From NCBI GenBank assembly GCA_963668695.2, contig CAXXLQ010000004.1:608001-672000 (forward strand): a stretch of 64,000 nucleotides of DNA. Direction: 5' to 3'. The stretch's first letter is position 1, and every line of letters starts with the position of its first letter. The position numbers and the translations under genes were made by a program. Origin of the DNA: Vicinamibacteria bacterium (GTDB lineage: Bacteria; Acidobacteriota; Vicinamibacteria; Marinacidobacterales; Marinacidobacteraceae). The notes under the pieces were generated by a model, which did not search any database, was not told the origin of the DNA, and saw nothing but the letters and a program-made list of their open reading frames with translations. Shown one piece after another: positions 31,123 through 40,089 of this stretch.

Positions 31123-32352
31123 TCAGAAGGGCATCCGGCCGGGGGCCAGAACCCCATCGGGATCGAAGGCCGCCTTGATGCGGCGTGAGAGCGCTCCGAC
31201 CGGTGCGGGCGGCGGCGGGTAGCAGGCGGGATGGTCTCGCTTCCAGCCAGCCGGGGCGGTTTCGACAATCGCGGAGACGCCCGGTTCTCTGCCCAGAGCT
31301 TCGAGGGCCGCGTCGCAGTCGGTCGTCGGGACTGACGCGATGGCGCGTCGCTGGTCGGGGAAGGCGACGGGCGGACCGAACGCGGCGAGTCTCCACACGG
31401 TGCGTAGCAAGGCCTCCCGGGGACCGCGAAGCGAAAGACCCAGCGTTTTCTGCCGATGGGGAACCACGGCGGCGAAATCCCGGACCCCTGCCCAGAACTC
31501 CTCCTCGTCGGAGCCCTCGAGGATTCTCCCCGTCCCTCCCGCGGCCTTCACCACCCCGTCCGGGGACACCGCGGCTTCCTCCCTGAGTCCCTCGAAACGT
31601 ATTGCCAGGCGAAAGCCTCCTTCTTCGGGAAGCCCGGGGAGGCCCGTTCCCGGAGGTACCACCGCGACCGCCGCCGGACCGGGCGCCGCGGCGGCCGCCG
31701 CCAGCACCCGGTCCGCAAACCGTTCGACCGAATCAGAAATCGGGAGGCGCGCGACCACCGTGCGCGAGGCTTCGGGAAACGCCCGGAGCCGCACGGTGAC
31801 CCGCGTGATGGCGCCCAGGGTCCCGAGCGAGCCGGTGAAGAGCTTGGTCAACTCGTAACCCGTCACGTTCTTTACGACCCGCCCGCCGGATCGGATGCGT
31901 GTCCCGGCGGCCAGCACCGCCGACAGGCCGAGCAGGAGATCCCGGGGACGAGACCCGGGAACCACGCGGAACCCGGGGTCGCCCGCGGCGATCACGCCTC
32001 CGAGGGTCGCCCGTTCCGGTAGGGGAGGGTCGAGAGGAAGGAACTGTCGGTGGGGCGCCAGTGCGCGGTTCAACGCCCCGACGGTCGTACCCGCCCAGGC
32101 CTCGACGGTCAGATCCTGGACGTGGTGCTCGATCACCCCCGACAGGCCACCGATGTCCAGCACCCGATCGGCACGCACCGGGGCGCCCAACTCCAGGCGA
32201 GTGCCGCCTCCCCGAAGGACCACCTTTTCTCCGGCGCGGGAGGCCGCGGCGAGAACGCTTCCCACCTCCTCCTCGCAGGCGGGTGCCGAAGTCCGGCCGA
32301 CCGGGACGCCGTCCAGCGTGACCGCGACAGTCGGGGGTTCAGGCCGGTTCAC
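31123..32352 (-). CDS. glcE: Glycolate oxidase FAD-binding subunit-like
   Basis: 'LPLDPP..ATLGG', 'GGRVVKNVTGYEL.KLF.GSLGTLG', 'IKAAFDP'. Confidence 0.85.
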   Translation of the reverse strand: MNRPEPPTVAVTLDGVPVGRTSAPACEEEVGSVLAAASRAGEKVVLRGGGTRLELGAPVRADRVLDIGGLSGVIEHHVQDLTVEAWAGTTVGALNRALAPHRQFLPLDPPLPERATLGGVIAAGDPGFRVVPGSRPRDLLLGLSAVLAAGTRIRSGGRVVKNVTGYELTKLFTGSLGTLGAITRVTVRLRAFPEASRTVVARLPISDSVERFADRVLAAAAAAPGPAAVAVVPPGTGLPGLPEEGGFRLAIRFEGLREEAAVSPDGVVKAAGGTGRILEGSDEEEFWAGVRDFAAVVPHRQKTLGLSLRGPREALLRTVWRLAAFGPPVAFPDQRRAIASVPTTDCDAALEALGREPGVSAIVETAPAGWKRDHPACYPPPPAPVGALSRRIKAAFDPDGVLAPGRMPF

Positions 32353-32367
32353 CGGGTACCTCCCGGA

Positions 32368-33828
32368 TCAGATCCAGGCGCCCGGGATCGCGGCGACCCG
32401 GCCCGGCAATCCACTCTCGGGGCCGCTCTCGGGAAGGGCTGCCCGCGACTCGCCGCAGCCGGCTCGCACCGGAAAAATCTTGCCCGGGTTCAGCAGCCCT
32501 TGCCGGTTCCACGCGTCCCGGACCCGGCGCATCGCCTCGATGTCATCCTCTCCAAAGAGCAGATGAAGGGAATCGCGCTTCTCGATCCCCACCCCGTGCT
32601 CGCCGGACAGCACCCCACCGAGCCGGACGCACATCACGAGCAACTCGTGGCTCGCGGCGAGCACCCGGGCCTTTTCGTCCGGATTCCGCCCGTCGTAGGA
32701 CATGCAAGGATGGAGGTTCCCGTCCCCCGCGTGAAACACGTTCGCGATCCGGAGGCCGTGGCGTTTTCCGATTCTCTCGACTTCCGCAATGGCCTCGGGG
32801 AGCGCGGAGCGGGGAACCACCCCGTCCTGCACGTAGAGATCGGTCGAGATACGGCCCATGGCGCCGAAGGCGAACTTGCGGCCGCGCCAGAGCAGTTCCC
32901 GCTCCGCCGCGTCACTCGCGACCCGAATCTCGAGGGCCCCGCAGTCCTGGAGGATGCGGTCCACCTCGGTTCGCTGCCGGGCGACCGCCTCGCTGGCGCC
33001 GTCAAGCTCGAGAAGAAGTACCGCCCCGGCACCCTTCGGGTAGCCCGCTCCGATGCCGGCCTCGACCACCTCGATCGTGGCCGCGTCGAGCATCTCCATC
33101 GCCACCGGAACGATGCCGGCGGCAACGATCCGGGAGACGGCTTCGCAAGCCGGCACCAGACCGCCGAAGGGCGCCAGCAGGGTCTCGACGGTCTCCGGAA
33201 GGGGGAGCAGCCGCACCGTGGCTTCGGTGGCGATCCCGAGGGTGCCCTCGGAACCGATGAAGAGTCCGAGCAGGTCGTAGCCGGCGTCATCCTCCGAGAG
33301 GACCACCACCTCGCCGTCGTCGAGGACCACGGTCGCCGACAGGATGTGCGAAGTGGTCGCCCCCAGCTTGAAACAGTGCGGTCCTCCCGAGTTCTCGGCG
33401 ATGTTGCCTCCGAGAGTGCAGGCGGACTGGCTCGACGGGTCGGGAGCGAAGAAGAGTCCGAAGGGAGCGGCGGCCCGCGATATCTCGAGGTTGACCACCC
33501 CCGTCTGACAGCGGGCGATCCGCTCCCGGGCGTTGATCTCGAGGACCTTGCTCATGCCCGCCAGCGAAATCACCACCCCGCCCTCGATCGGGGTCGCGCC
33601 TCCGGAAAGACCGGTCCCGGCCCCGCGCGCGGTGAAGGGGACGCCGGCGGCGGCGCAAGCCCGCACTACCGCGGACACTTCGGCGGTGGTGCGGGGGAGC
33701 GCCACGGCCTGGGGCGCACTGCGGTAGGCGGTGCTCCCGTCACATTCGTAGGGAAGCGTGTGCTCCGGACGGACGAGAAAACCGTGTCGCCCGAGGAGAG
33801 GTCGAAGTGCGGCGGCAAGCGCTTCCAT
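32368..33828 (-). CDS. glcD: Glycolate oxidase subunit D-like FAD-linked oxidase
   Basis: 'RGAGTGLSGGA', 'APDPSSQ.ACT.GGN.AENSGG', 'HAGDGNLHP', 'GEHGVG.EK'. Confidence 0.9.
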   Translation of the reverse strand: MEALAAALRPLLGRHGFLVRPEHTLPYECDGSTAYRSAPQAVALPRTTAEVSAVVRACAAAGVPFTARGAGTGLSGGATPIEGGVVISLAGMSKVLEINARERIARCQTGVVNLEISRAAAPFGLFFAPDPSSQSACTLGGNIAENSGGPHCFKLGATTSHILSATVVLDDGEVVVLSEDDAGYDLLGLFIGSEGTLGIATEATVRLLPLPETVETLLAPFGGLVPACEAVSRIVAAGIVPVAMEMLDAATIEVVEAGIGAGYPKGAGAVLLLELDGASEAVARQRTEVDRILQDCGALEIRVASDAAERELLWRGRKFAFGAMGRISTDLYVQDGVVPRSALPEAIAEVERIGKRHGLRIANVFHAGDGNLHPCMSYDGRNPDEKARVLAASHELLVMCVRLGGVLSGEHGVGIEKRDSLHLLFGEDDIEAMRRVRDAWNRQGLLNPGKIFPVRAGCGESRAALPESGPESGLPGRVAAIPGAWI

Positions 33829-33924
33829 CAGCGAGATCCCGGAAATAGGTTGAAGGGCAACCACCACCCGTCGGCGCGGTCACGCCCCGAAGTATCCCAG
33901 CCCCGGCGTCAATCCGCGTCGTTA

Positions 33925-34380
33925 ACAGCCTGTGGTGAAACCCGCGTGAGCGCCGAGAGCGGCCAGTTCTCCCGGTGGGGGCGAGGCGCCCGGCTGGCAA
34001 GGCGCGTGAGGGAGGAGCCCCCACCGGGAGAACTGGCCCGAGTGTATTTCGACCGAAACGCAACGCAGAGCGCCGCGAAGCGCCAGTTCTCCCGGTGGGG
34101 GGGCGGTTCAGCCGGGATGCATCGCCGGTCGAACGCCGCGTGGGTTTTGCCACAGGCTGTTAACAGCCTCTGGTGGAACCCGGGTGAGCGCCGAGAGCGG
34201 CCAGTTCTCCCGGTGGGGGCGAGGCGCCCGCCTGACAAGGCGCGTGAGGGAGGAGCCCCCACCGGGAGAACTGGCCCGAGTGTATTTCGACCGAAACGCA
34301 ACGAAGAGCGCCGCAAAGCGGCGCGGTTCAGGCGGGATGCATCGCCGGTCGAACGCCGCGTGGGTTTTGCCACAGGCTGT
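33925..34380. mobile_element. Two tandem MITE-like family A copies sharing a TA (33925-34160, 34163-34380)
   Basis: Junction CACAGGCTGT-TA-ACAGCC. Confidence 0.82.
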
Positions 34381-34494
34381 TCAAGGGCTCACTGGCCAGC
34401 CAGTCTCACGCTGGTGGCGCTTGTTATACTGGCTTTCCGTTTGCTCGCTCCGGCCCCACGCCGACAGCGGGTAGGCCGGGTCAAGGAGTCCCAG

Positions 34495-34998
34495 ATGCAG
34501 AGCGTACTGACGCAACCGACGGTCAAGGTCGCCCAGCCGGAGTCCGGCCAGGACGTGTTCCGCGGCCAGATGAAGGTCATGCATCGGACGCTGAAAGTGG
34601 TCACGGATTCGCGCGTGGAACTGCACAACATCAGCGACCGCGTACGCGACCAGGTCCGGGATTCGGGCATCAAGGCCGGTTTCCTCATCCTCTCGACGCT
34701 TCACACCACGACCGCGCTTTTCCTGAACGAATTCCAGGCGGCCCTGATGGCCGACCTCACCGAGTGCCTCGAGCGGCTCGTGGACACCGAGGACGGTTAC
34801 CTCCACAACTGCGAAGACTGTTCCGATTGCGAGCGGAAGAATGCTGACGCGCACCTCCGCGCGGCGCTGCTCGGTCACAACGTGACCGTTCCGATCCACG
34901 AGGGAGAGATCAGCCTCGGACAGTGGCAGAGCATCCTCTTCGCGGAACTCGACGGGCCGCGCCAGCGGACGGTCACCGCTCACCTGATCGGAGTCTAG
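34495..34998 (+). CDS. yjbQ: YjbQ (UPF0047) family protein
   Basis: 'HTTTAL..NE', 'Y.HN', 'NADAHL', 'LGQWQ.I.F.ELDGPR.R'; AAGGAG RBS. Confidence 0.88.
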   Translation: MQSVLTQPTVKVAQPESGQDVFRGQMKVMHRTLKVVTDSRVELHNISDRVRDQVRDSGIKAGFLILSTLHTTTALFLNEFQAALMADLTECLERLVDTEDGYLHNCEDCSDCERKNADAHLRAALLGHNVTVPIHEGEISLGQWQSILFAELDGPRQRTVTAHLIGV

Positions 34999-35120
34999 GA
35001 ACGCCGGTCTCCAGACCGGCATCGCCGCCCGGAGGGCGGCGAGATCCCCGACGTCAGCCTCACCGATAGCTCCTGACCCCGCTACCGGGAACACGGCTCG
35101 GACAACACCGGATAGAGCCT

Positions 35121-35828
35121 GTGCCCTCGCCATCAGCAGGACCCCCGGTAGCCATCGTCACGGGCGCCAGTCAGGGGATCGGAGCCGCAACCGCCGTGAA
35201 GCTCGCCGAGCGTGGTTTCGCCGTCGCGCTGGCGGCGCGCCGCCCGATGGGTCTCGTCTCGATCGAGAATCGGATCCGGGAAACGGGCGGGTTCGCCTTT
35301 GTTGCCCCGACCGACATCACGGAATCGGGCCAGGTACGCGAGTTGGTCGCGGAAACCGAGAGGCGTTTTGGTCCCGTGGGATTGCTGGTGAACGCCGCGG
35401 GCGCGGCCTTTCGCGCTCCCCTTACCGCCACCTCCGAGGCGGACTTCGACCGGGTCCTGGGAGTGAATCTGAAGGGCGTGTTCCTCGCTACCAAGGCCGT
35501 TCTGCCGGCGATGATCGAACGGAGAAGCGGCCGCATCGTGAACCTGGCGGCGGTGGCGGCTCGGATCGGCGCTTCCCGGTTGGCCGCCTATGGCGCCTCG
35601 AAGTGGGGTGTCGTGGGGTTCACCAAGGCATGCGCGGAGGAACTGCGGCCCGCCGGAATCTCGGTGTTCGCGGTTTGCCCCGGTTCCGTGGATACCGAGT
35701 CCTACCGAACGGTGATCCCGGGCGCAAAGCCGAGGTCCAGCCCCGAAGCGGTGGCGGATGTCATTGTCTGGCTCGGCAGCGAAGCTCCCGCAGCCATGTC
35801 CGGCAGCGTGTTGGATGCGCCCGGGTAA
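35121..35828 (+). CDS. SDR family oxidoreductase
   Basis: 'TGASQGIG', 'VNAAG', 'YGASK', 'CPG.VDT'. Confidence 0.9.
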   Translation: MPSPSAGPPVAIVTGASQGIGAATAVKLAERGFAVALAARRPMGLVSIENRIRETGGFAFVAPTDITESGQVRELVAETERRFGPVGLLVNAAGAAFRAPLTATSEADFDRVLGVNLKGVFLATKAVLPAMIERRSGRIVNLAAVAARIGASRLAAYGASKWGVVGFTKACAEELRPAGISVFAVCPGSVDTESYRTVIPGAKPRSSPEAVADVIVWLGSEAPAAMSGSVLDAPG

Positions 35829-35839
35829 AGGTGAAGATC

Positions 35840-37808
35840 ATGAAGAGACTCCAAGCAGCCTGTGAACAAAGTCACGCGGCCCAGTTCTCCCGGTGGGGAC
35901 TTGAGCGGCGATCCATCCCGGCTGGCCCCCACCGGGAGAACTGGCCGCCCCGCTTCGCGTGGCTCATCGTTGCGCTTCGGTCGGAATACACCAGGTATTC
36001 GTCCCTCGCACGCCTTGTCAGCCGGGCGCCTCGCCCCCACCGGGAGAATTGGCGCTCTCGGCGCTCTCGCCACTTTGTCCACAGGCTGCTAACCCTCCTG
36101 GCCGTCGCGGGCGTCGCCCCGACGGGCCTCGCCTGCGGCCCCTCCGGGCCGGCCGCCGATGCGATCTACCGCAATGCGAAAGTGGTAACCGCCGACGACG
36201 ACTTCAACATCGCCGAGGCTTTCGCGGTGGTGGATGGACGGTTCGCGGCGGTGGGCTCGGAGGAGGCAGTCGAGGAAGCCTTTCCCGGCGGCGCCGCGGA
36301 GGTCGTGGATCTCCAGGGGAAGACGGTCCTTCCGGGGTTCAACGACAACCACATCCACCTCGGCCCCGGCCGGGCCCTGCAGCGCTGGGAAGACGGGCTG
36401 GTACCCGGACTGCCGGAATGGTCGGCGGAGGCGACCGAGCCGGACGAGCTCTTCGCCGCGCTGGAGGCGGAGGCAGCTACGAGGTCGCCGGGCGAGTGGA
36501 TTCGCGGCGGGCTCACCCGGATGGACTGGCCGAACAGCCGGATCCCGGACCGCTGGCTCCTGGACGAGGCCGCCCCCGACAACCCGGTGATGCTCACCCG
36601 CGGGCCCCACACCTACTTGCTGAACTCACCGGCGCTGCAACTCGCGGGAATCGACCGCAACACGCCCGACCCGGAGGGGGGCTGGATCTTCCGCGACGCG
36701 AACGGCGAACCGACCGGCCGCGTCCTCGAAGCGGCGCGCCGGATCGTGGATCGAGTCCTTCCCCCGGCGCCGGAAGTCCCCTACGAGAGGGGCATCGAGA
36801 CCATGCGCGCGACGCTGGGCAAGCTGGCCGCCATGGGGATCACCAGCGTGAACATCGCCGGGGTCCGGCCGAGGGGGATTCCGGCGGTGCGGGACCTCTA
36901 CGCCCGCTACGGCGAGGAGCTACCGCGGGCGACGATGCAGGTGCGCCTGAGCCCCGGCCACGACACCTACGACGACCCGGAGGAAGGGATACGGCGCGAG
37001 ACCCAAGCGCTCGAAGAACTCGGCTTCGTTACCGGCGAGGGGGACTCCCGTTTCCGGGTCGGCGCGGTGAAGATGAGCATTGACGGCGGCCTGAGCGCTC
37101 CGGTGTTCTGGTCGCTCGAGCCCTACGAGGGCCGGCCCGACTTCTTCGGCGCCATCCGCATCCCGGCCGAGGTCTTCCATCCGGTCGCGAAAGCGAGCCC
37201 ACGAACTCGGCTGGCAGCTCGGCATCCACACCATGGGCGACGGCGCCGTGAAGATGGTGGCGGAAGCGATGGCCCGCATCCTGGACGAAATCCCCCGCGA
37301 GGACCACCGGCACTACCTGCACCACGTGGCGGTCAAACCACCCGCGGACACCATCGCGCTCATGGCGGAGCACGGCATCATGGTGGCGAGCCAGCCGTCC
37401 TTCACCGTGGGGCTCGGCGCCTACGCCGAGGAGGCGCTCACCGCCGAACGGGAAGCAACCCAGAATCCGACCCGTTCCCTGCTCGACGCCGGAGTTCGCG
37501 TCTCCCACGGCTCCGACTCGGCGCCTTACGGGCCGCTGATCACGATCTGGACCGCGGTCACCCGGCGGGGCTTCGACGGCGAGGTGCACGGGCCGGAAGA
37601 AGCGGTCAGCATCGAGGAAGCGATCCGCCTGCACACCCGGGAGCCGGCCTTCTTCACCTTCGAAGAGAGCGAGAAGGGCACCATCGCCGAGGGCATGTTG
37701 GCCGACTTCATCGTGCTGTCCGACGACATTCTCACGGTCCCGGTGGACGACATCCGCGACCTGCGGGTCGAGCGAACGTTCATCGGCGGCCGGGAGGTCA
37801 AGCCGTAA
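35840..37808 (+). pseudogene. Amidohydrolase-3 (YtcJ-like) lipoprotein with in-frame MITE in the signal peptide and a +1 frameshift
   Basis: 'DLQGKTVLPGFNDNHIH', 'K..IDG', 'HGSDS', 'KGTI..G.LADF'. An extra A at 37190-37192 separates 'PVAK' from 'RAHELGWQLGIHTMGD'. May be a sequencing error. Confidence 0.75.
35855..36089. mobile_element. MITE-like family A copy inside a coding region
   Basis: GCAGCCTGTG...CACAGGCTGC; 235 bp plus 2 bp = 79 codons, frame open. Confidence 0.85.
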
Positions 37809-37843
37809 GGGCGGCGCGACCGCCCCCAGGGGGGGAGATTCCC

Positions 37844-38245
37844 TTAGAGAGTCTTTACGGTCTCCGGCTGGATGTAGTAGGCGACCCGCACTTCCCCGGG
37901 GCGGCGCCACTCGTAGCGATCGGTCCCGATGTACTTGCGGGCGAGGCGGTCGATCCCCTCTTCCGCGCCTTCCTCGGCAACTTTTACCACCCGGCCCCGG
38001 ATCATCAGTGCCTTGAAGGGATCGTCCGGATGGGTGGCGGAGAGCGCCACCCGCGCATCGCGCCGGATGTTGATGTCCTTGACCCGCCCTGCCGCGGAAT
38101 TCACGACGATCAGATCGCCGTCGGTCTCCGCCCACACCGGGGAAACCTGGGGGCTGCCGTCGGCCATCAGGGTGGCCAGGTGGACATAGGCCCGGGTCGC
38201 CAGGAATTCCTGGACTTCCGGGGAGAGGGTGTTCGTTCTGGGCAT
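37844..38245 (-). CDS. PPOX-class (pyridoxamine 5'-phosphate oxidase-like, putatively F420-dependent) oxidoreductase
   Basis: 'LAT.MADGSPQVSPVW', 'GRVK..NIRRD.RV', 'IDRLARKY.G..Y'. Confidence 0.85.
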   Translation of the reverse strand: MPRTNTLSPEVQEFLATRAYVHLATLMADGSPQVSPVWAETDGDLIVVNSAAGRVKDINIRRDARVALSATHPDDPFKALMIRGRVVKVAEEGAEEGIDRLARKYIGTDRYEWRRPGEVRVAYYIQPETVKTL

Positions 38246-38268
38246 GTCTTGGAGTCTCCCGGCGGCTG

Positions 38269-39351
38269 TCAGTTCGATTCCGTCAGTTCCCGCTCGACCT
38301 CATCCCTGAGTTGTTCGGACGGCACCGCGCCGCCAACGTATCGCCCGTTCACGAACACGGCGGGCGTCCCACCCTGTCCGAGCGCCATGGCGGCTTCAAA
38401 GTCCGTCTGCACCCTGCCGTAGTGGCGGCCCGAGTTGACGCATTCGGCGAACGCTTCGGTGTCGAGTCCCAGGAGCACCGCGTGCTGCTCGAGGTTGTCC
38501 GGCGAGAGGTTTTCGTCGGTCCAGAGCGCGTCGTGGTATTCCCAGAACTTCCCCTGGTCCTCCGCGCAGATCGAGGCCTCAGCGGCCTTCTGCGCCAGCG
38601 GATGCATGTTGCGCAGCGGGTAGTGCCGGAAAACGAGGCGGATCTTCCCCTCGTACTCCTCGGCTTCGCGGAGCTGGTCGAGGGTGGTGTTGAAGCGGCG
38701 GCAATAGGGGCACTCGAAATCGGAGAAGACCACGATCTCCACCGGCGCGTCTTCGGGACCTATCGTTGAATGGCCTTCCGTCTCGATCGCCACCCGGTAG
38801 GCGGGTACGGCCAGATTCCATTCGGCCTCGCCCAACAAGCGGTTGCCGGCCATTTCGATATTCCGCGTCATCTTCTGGTTCGCAATCTGCCGCCGGAGGC
38901 TGGTCCCGATCTCTTCGAGTGACCGTCCCCCGAACTGCTGGCGGTTCTGGTTGTACACGTTCTGGACCTCTTCGTCGCTGACTTCCGGAAGGCCGATCTC
39001 GTTCGTGTAGTACTGGTTCAGGGTCATCCCCTTCTCCGCGGCCGCGGCCATGAGCAGTTGCTCCCGCGCCGCCCGCACCACGCTCTCCTCCAGCAACTCG
39101 TGGCTCTTCGTGTAGTAGTCGCTCCGGAGCTGAGCGAGTTGGAACCGATCCCGCTCCGAGAGATCGTCGAGAGTGATCTCCTCACCGTTCAGGATCCCGA
39201 GCACCTCGGAGTCCACACTGTCCGGAAGAAGCGAGCCAGAGCCGCGGGCCTGGCCCCCGGAACCGGCGGCGGCGCCGCCCTCGCAGCCTACGAAGGCGAA
39301 GAGAGAGACGATGGCCGCAATCGGAGCGGCCGTCCGAAAGAACATGCGCAT
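38269..39351 (-). CDS. DsbA/thioredoxin-domain lipoprotein
   Basis: Lipobox FVGC; 'FSDFECPYC', 'RHYPL', 'GTPA.FVNG'. Confidence 0.88.
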   Translation of the reverse strand: MRMFFRTAAPIAAIVSLFAFVGCEGGAAAGSGGQARGSGSLLPDSVDSEVLGILNGEEITLDDLSERDRFQLAQLRSDYYTKSHELLEESVVRAAREQLLMAAAAEKGMTLNQYYTNEIGLPEVSDEEVQNVYNQNRQQFGGRSLEEIGTSLRRQIANQKMTRNIEMAGNRLLGEAEWNLAVPAYRVAIETEGHSTIGPEDAPVEIVVFSDFECPYCRRFNTTLDQLREAEEYEGKIRLVFRHYPLRNMHPLAQKAAEASICAEDQGKFWEYHDALWTDENLSPDNLEQHAVLLGLDTEAFAECVNSGRHYGRVQTDFEAAMALGQGGTPAVFVNGRYVGGAVPSEQLRDEVERELTESN

Positions 39352-39471
39352 GAGAGACACCTCGTTCTCGAGCGAATCAGGGCCGCCGACGCACGGCGCC
39401 CGCTAACGGCCAAGCGCCACTATTCGCGAGAAACCGAAAGGATACCCCGTCGCGAGGAGTCTGTCCGGGTA

Positions 39472-39610
39472 GTGGCGTGAGCACCGAGACCGGTGAGGCG
39501 CCCGGCTGACAAGGCGCAAATCGGGAGGCATACCGACGTATGCCGACTGATTTGGAACGCCGAGCGAAGCGGTTCAGCCGGGATGATTCGCCGGTCGAAT
39601 GCCGCGCCAC
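39472..39610. mobile_element. Diverged relative of family A lacking 18-bp units
   Basis: Shares GAGGCGCCCGGCTGACAAGGCGC and GGTTCAGCCGGGATG..TCGCCGGTCGAA blocks; TA-flanked; 15-bp inverted repeat 39463-39477 / 39605-39619. Confidence 0.65.
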
Positions 39611-40071
39611 TACCCGGACCGACTCCTTCCGGATGGGCTTTCAACGAGCAGGGTGTAAGGCCCGTCGTTCAGCAGGGAGACCTCCATCATCGCCCCGAAG
39701 CGGCCGGTGCCCACCGGAACCGCGAGTTCCCGGAGCTCGGCGCAGAATTCCTCGTAGAGCGCTTCGGCCTCCGGCCCCGGGGCTGCCCGGGTAAAGGAGG
39801 GACGCCTCCCCTTGCGGCAGTTCCCCAGCAGGGTGAACTGGGACACGGCGAGCACCTCGCCACCGATCTCGAGGACGCTTCTCTCCGGTTGTGCCTCGGG
39901 GGCTCGAAACATCCGGAGCCCGGCGATCTTCTTCGCGAGCCAGGCGGCGTCCTCCGGGGTATCGGAGACCGAAACCCCAAGCAGGACCAGGAGTCCCTCT
40001 CCGATTTCGGAGACGAGTTGACCGCCTACCGAAACCGAGGCACGGGAGACCCGCTGAACGACCGCAATCAC
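39610..40071 (-). CDS. dtd: D-aminoacyl-tRNA deacylase
   Basis: 'AVVQRV..ASV', 'VSQFTL', 'KGRRPSF', 'TGRFGAMM.V.L.NDGP'. Confidence 0.96.
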   Translation of the reverse strand: MIAVVQRVSRASVSVGGQLVSEIGEGLLVLLGVSVSDTPEDAAWLAKKIAGLRMFRAPEAQPERSVLEIGGEVLAVSQFTLLGNCRKGRRPSFTRAAPGPEAEALYEEFCAELRELAVPVGTGRFGAMMEVSLLNDGPYTLLVESPSGRSRSG

Positions 40072-40089
40072 CAGGCTGTCACCACTCGC

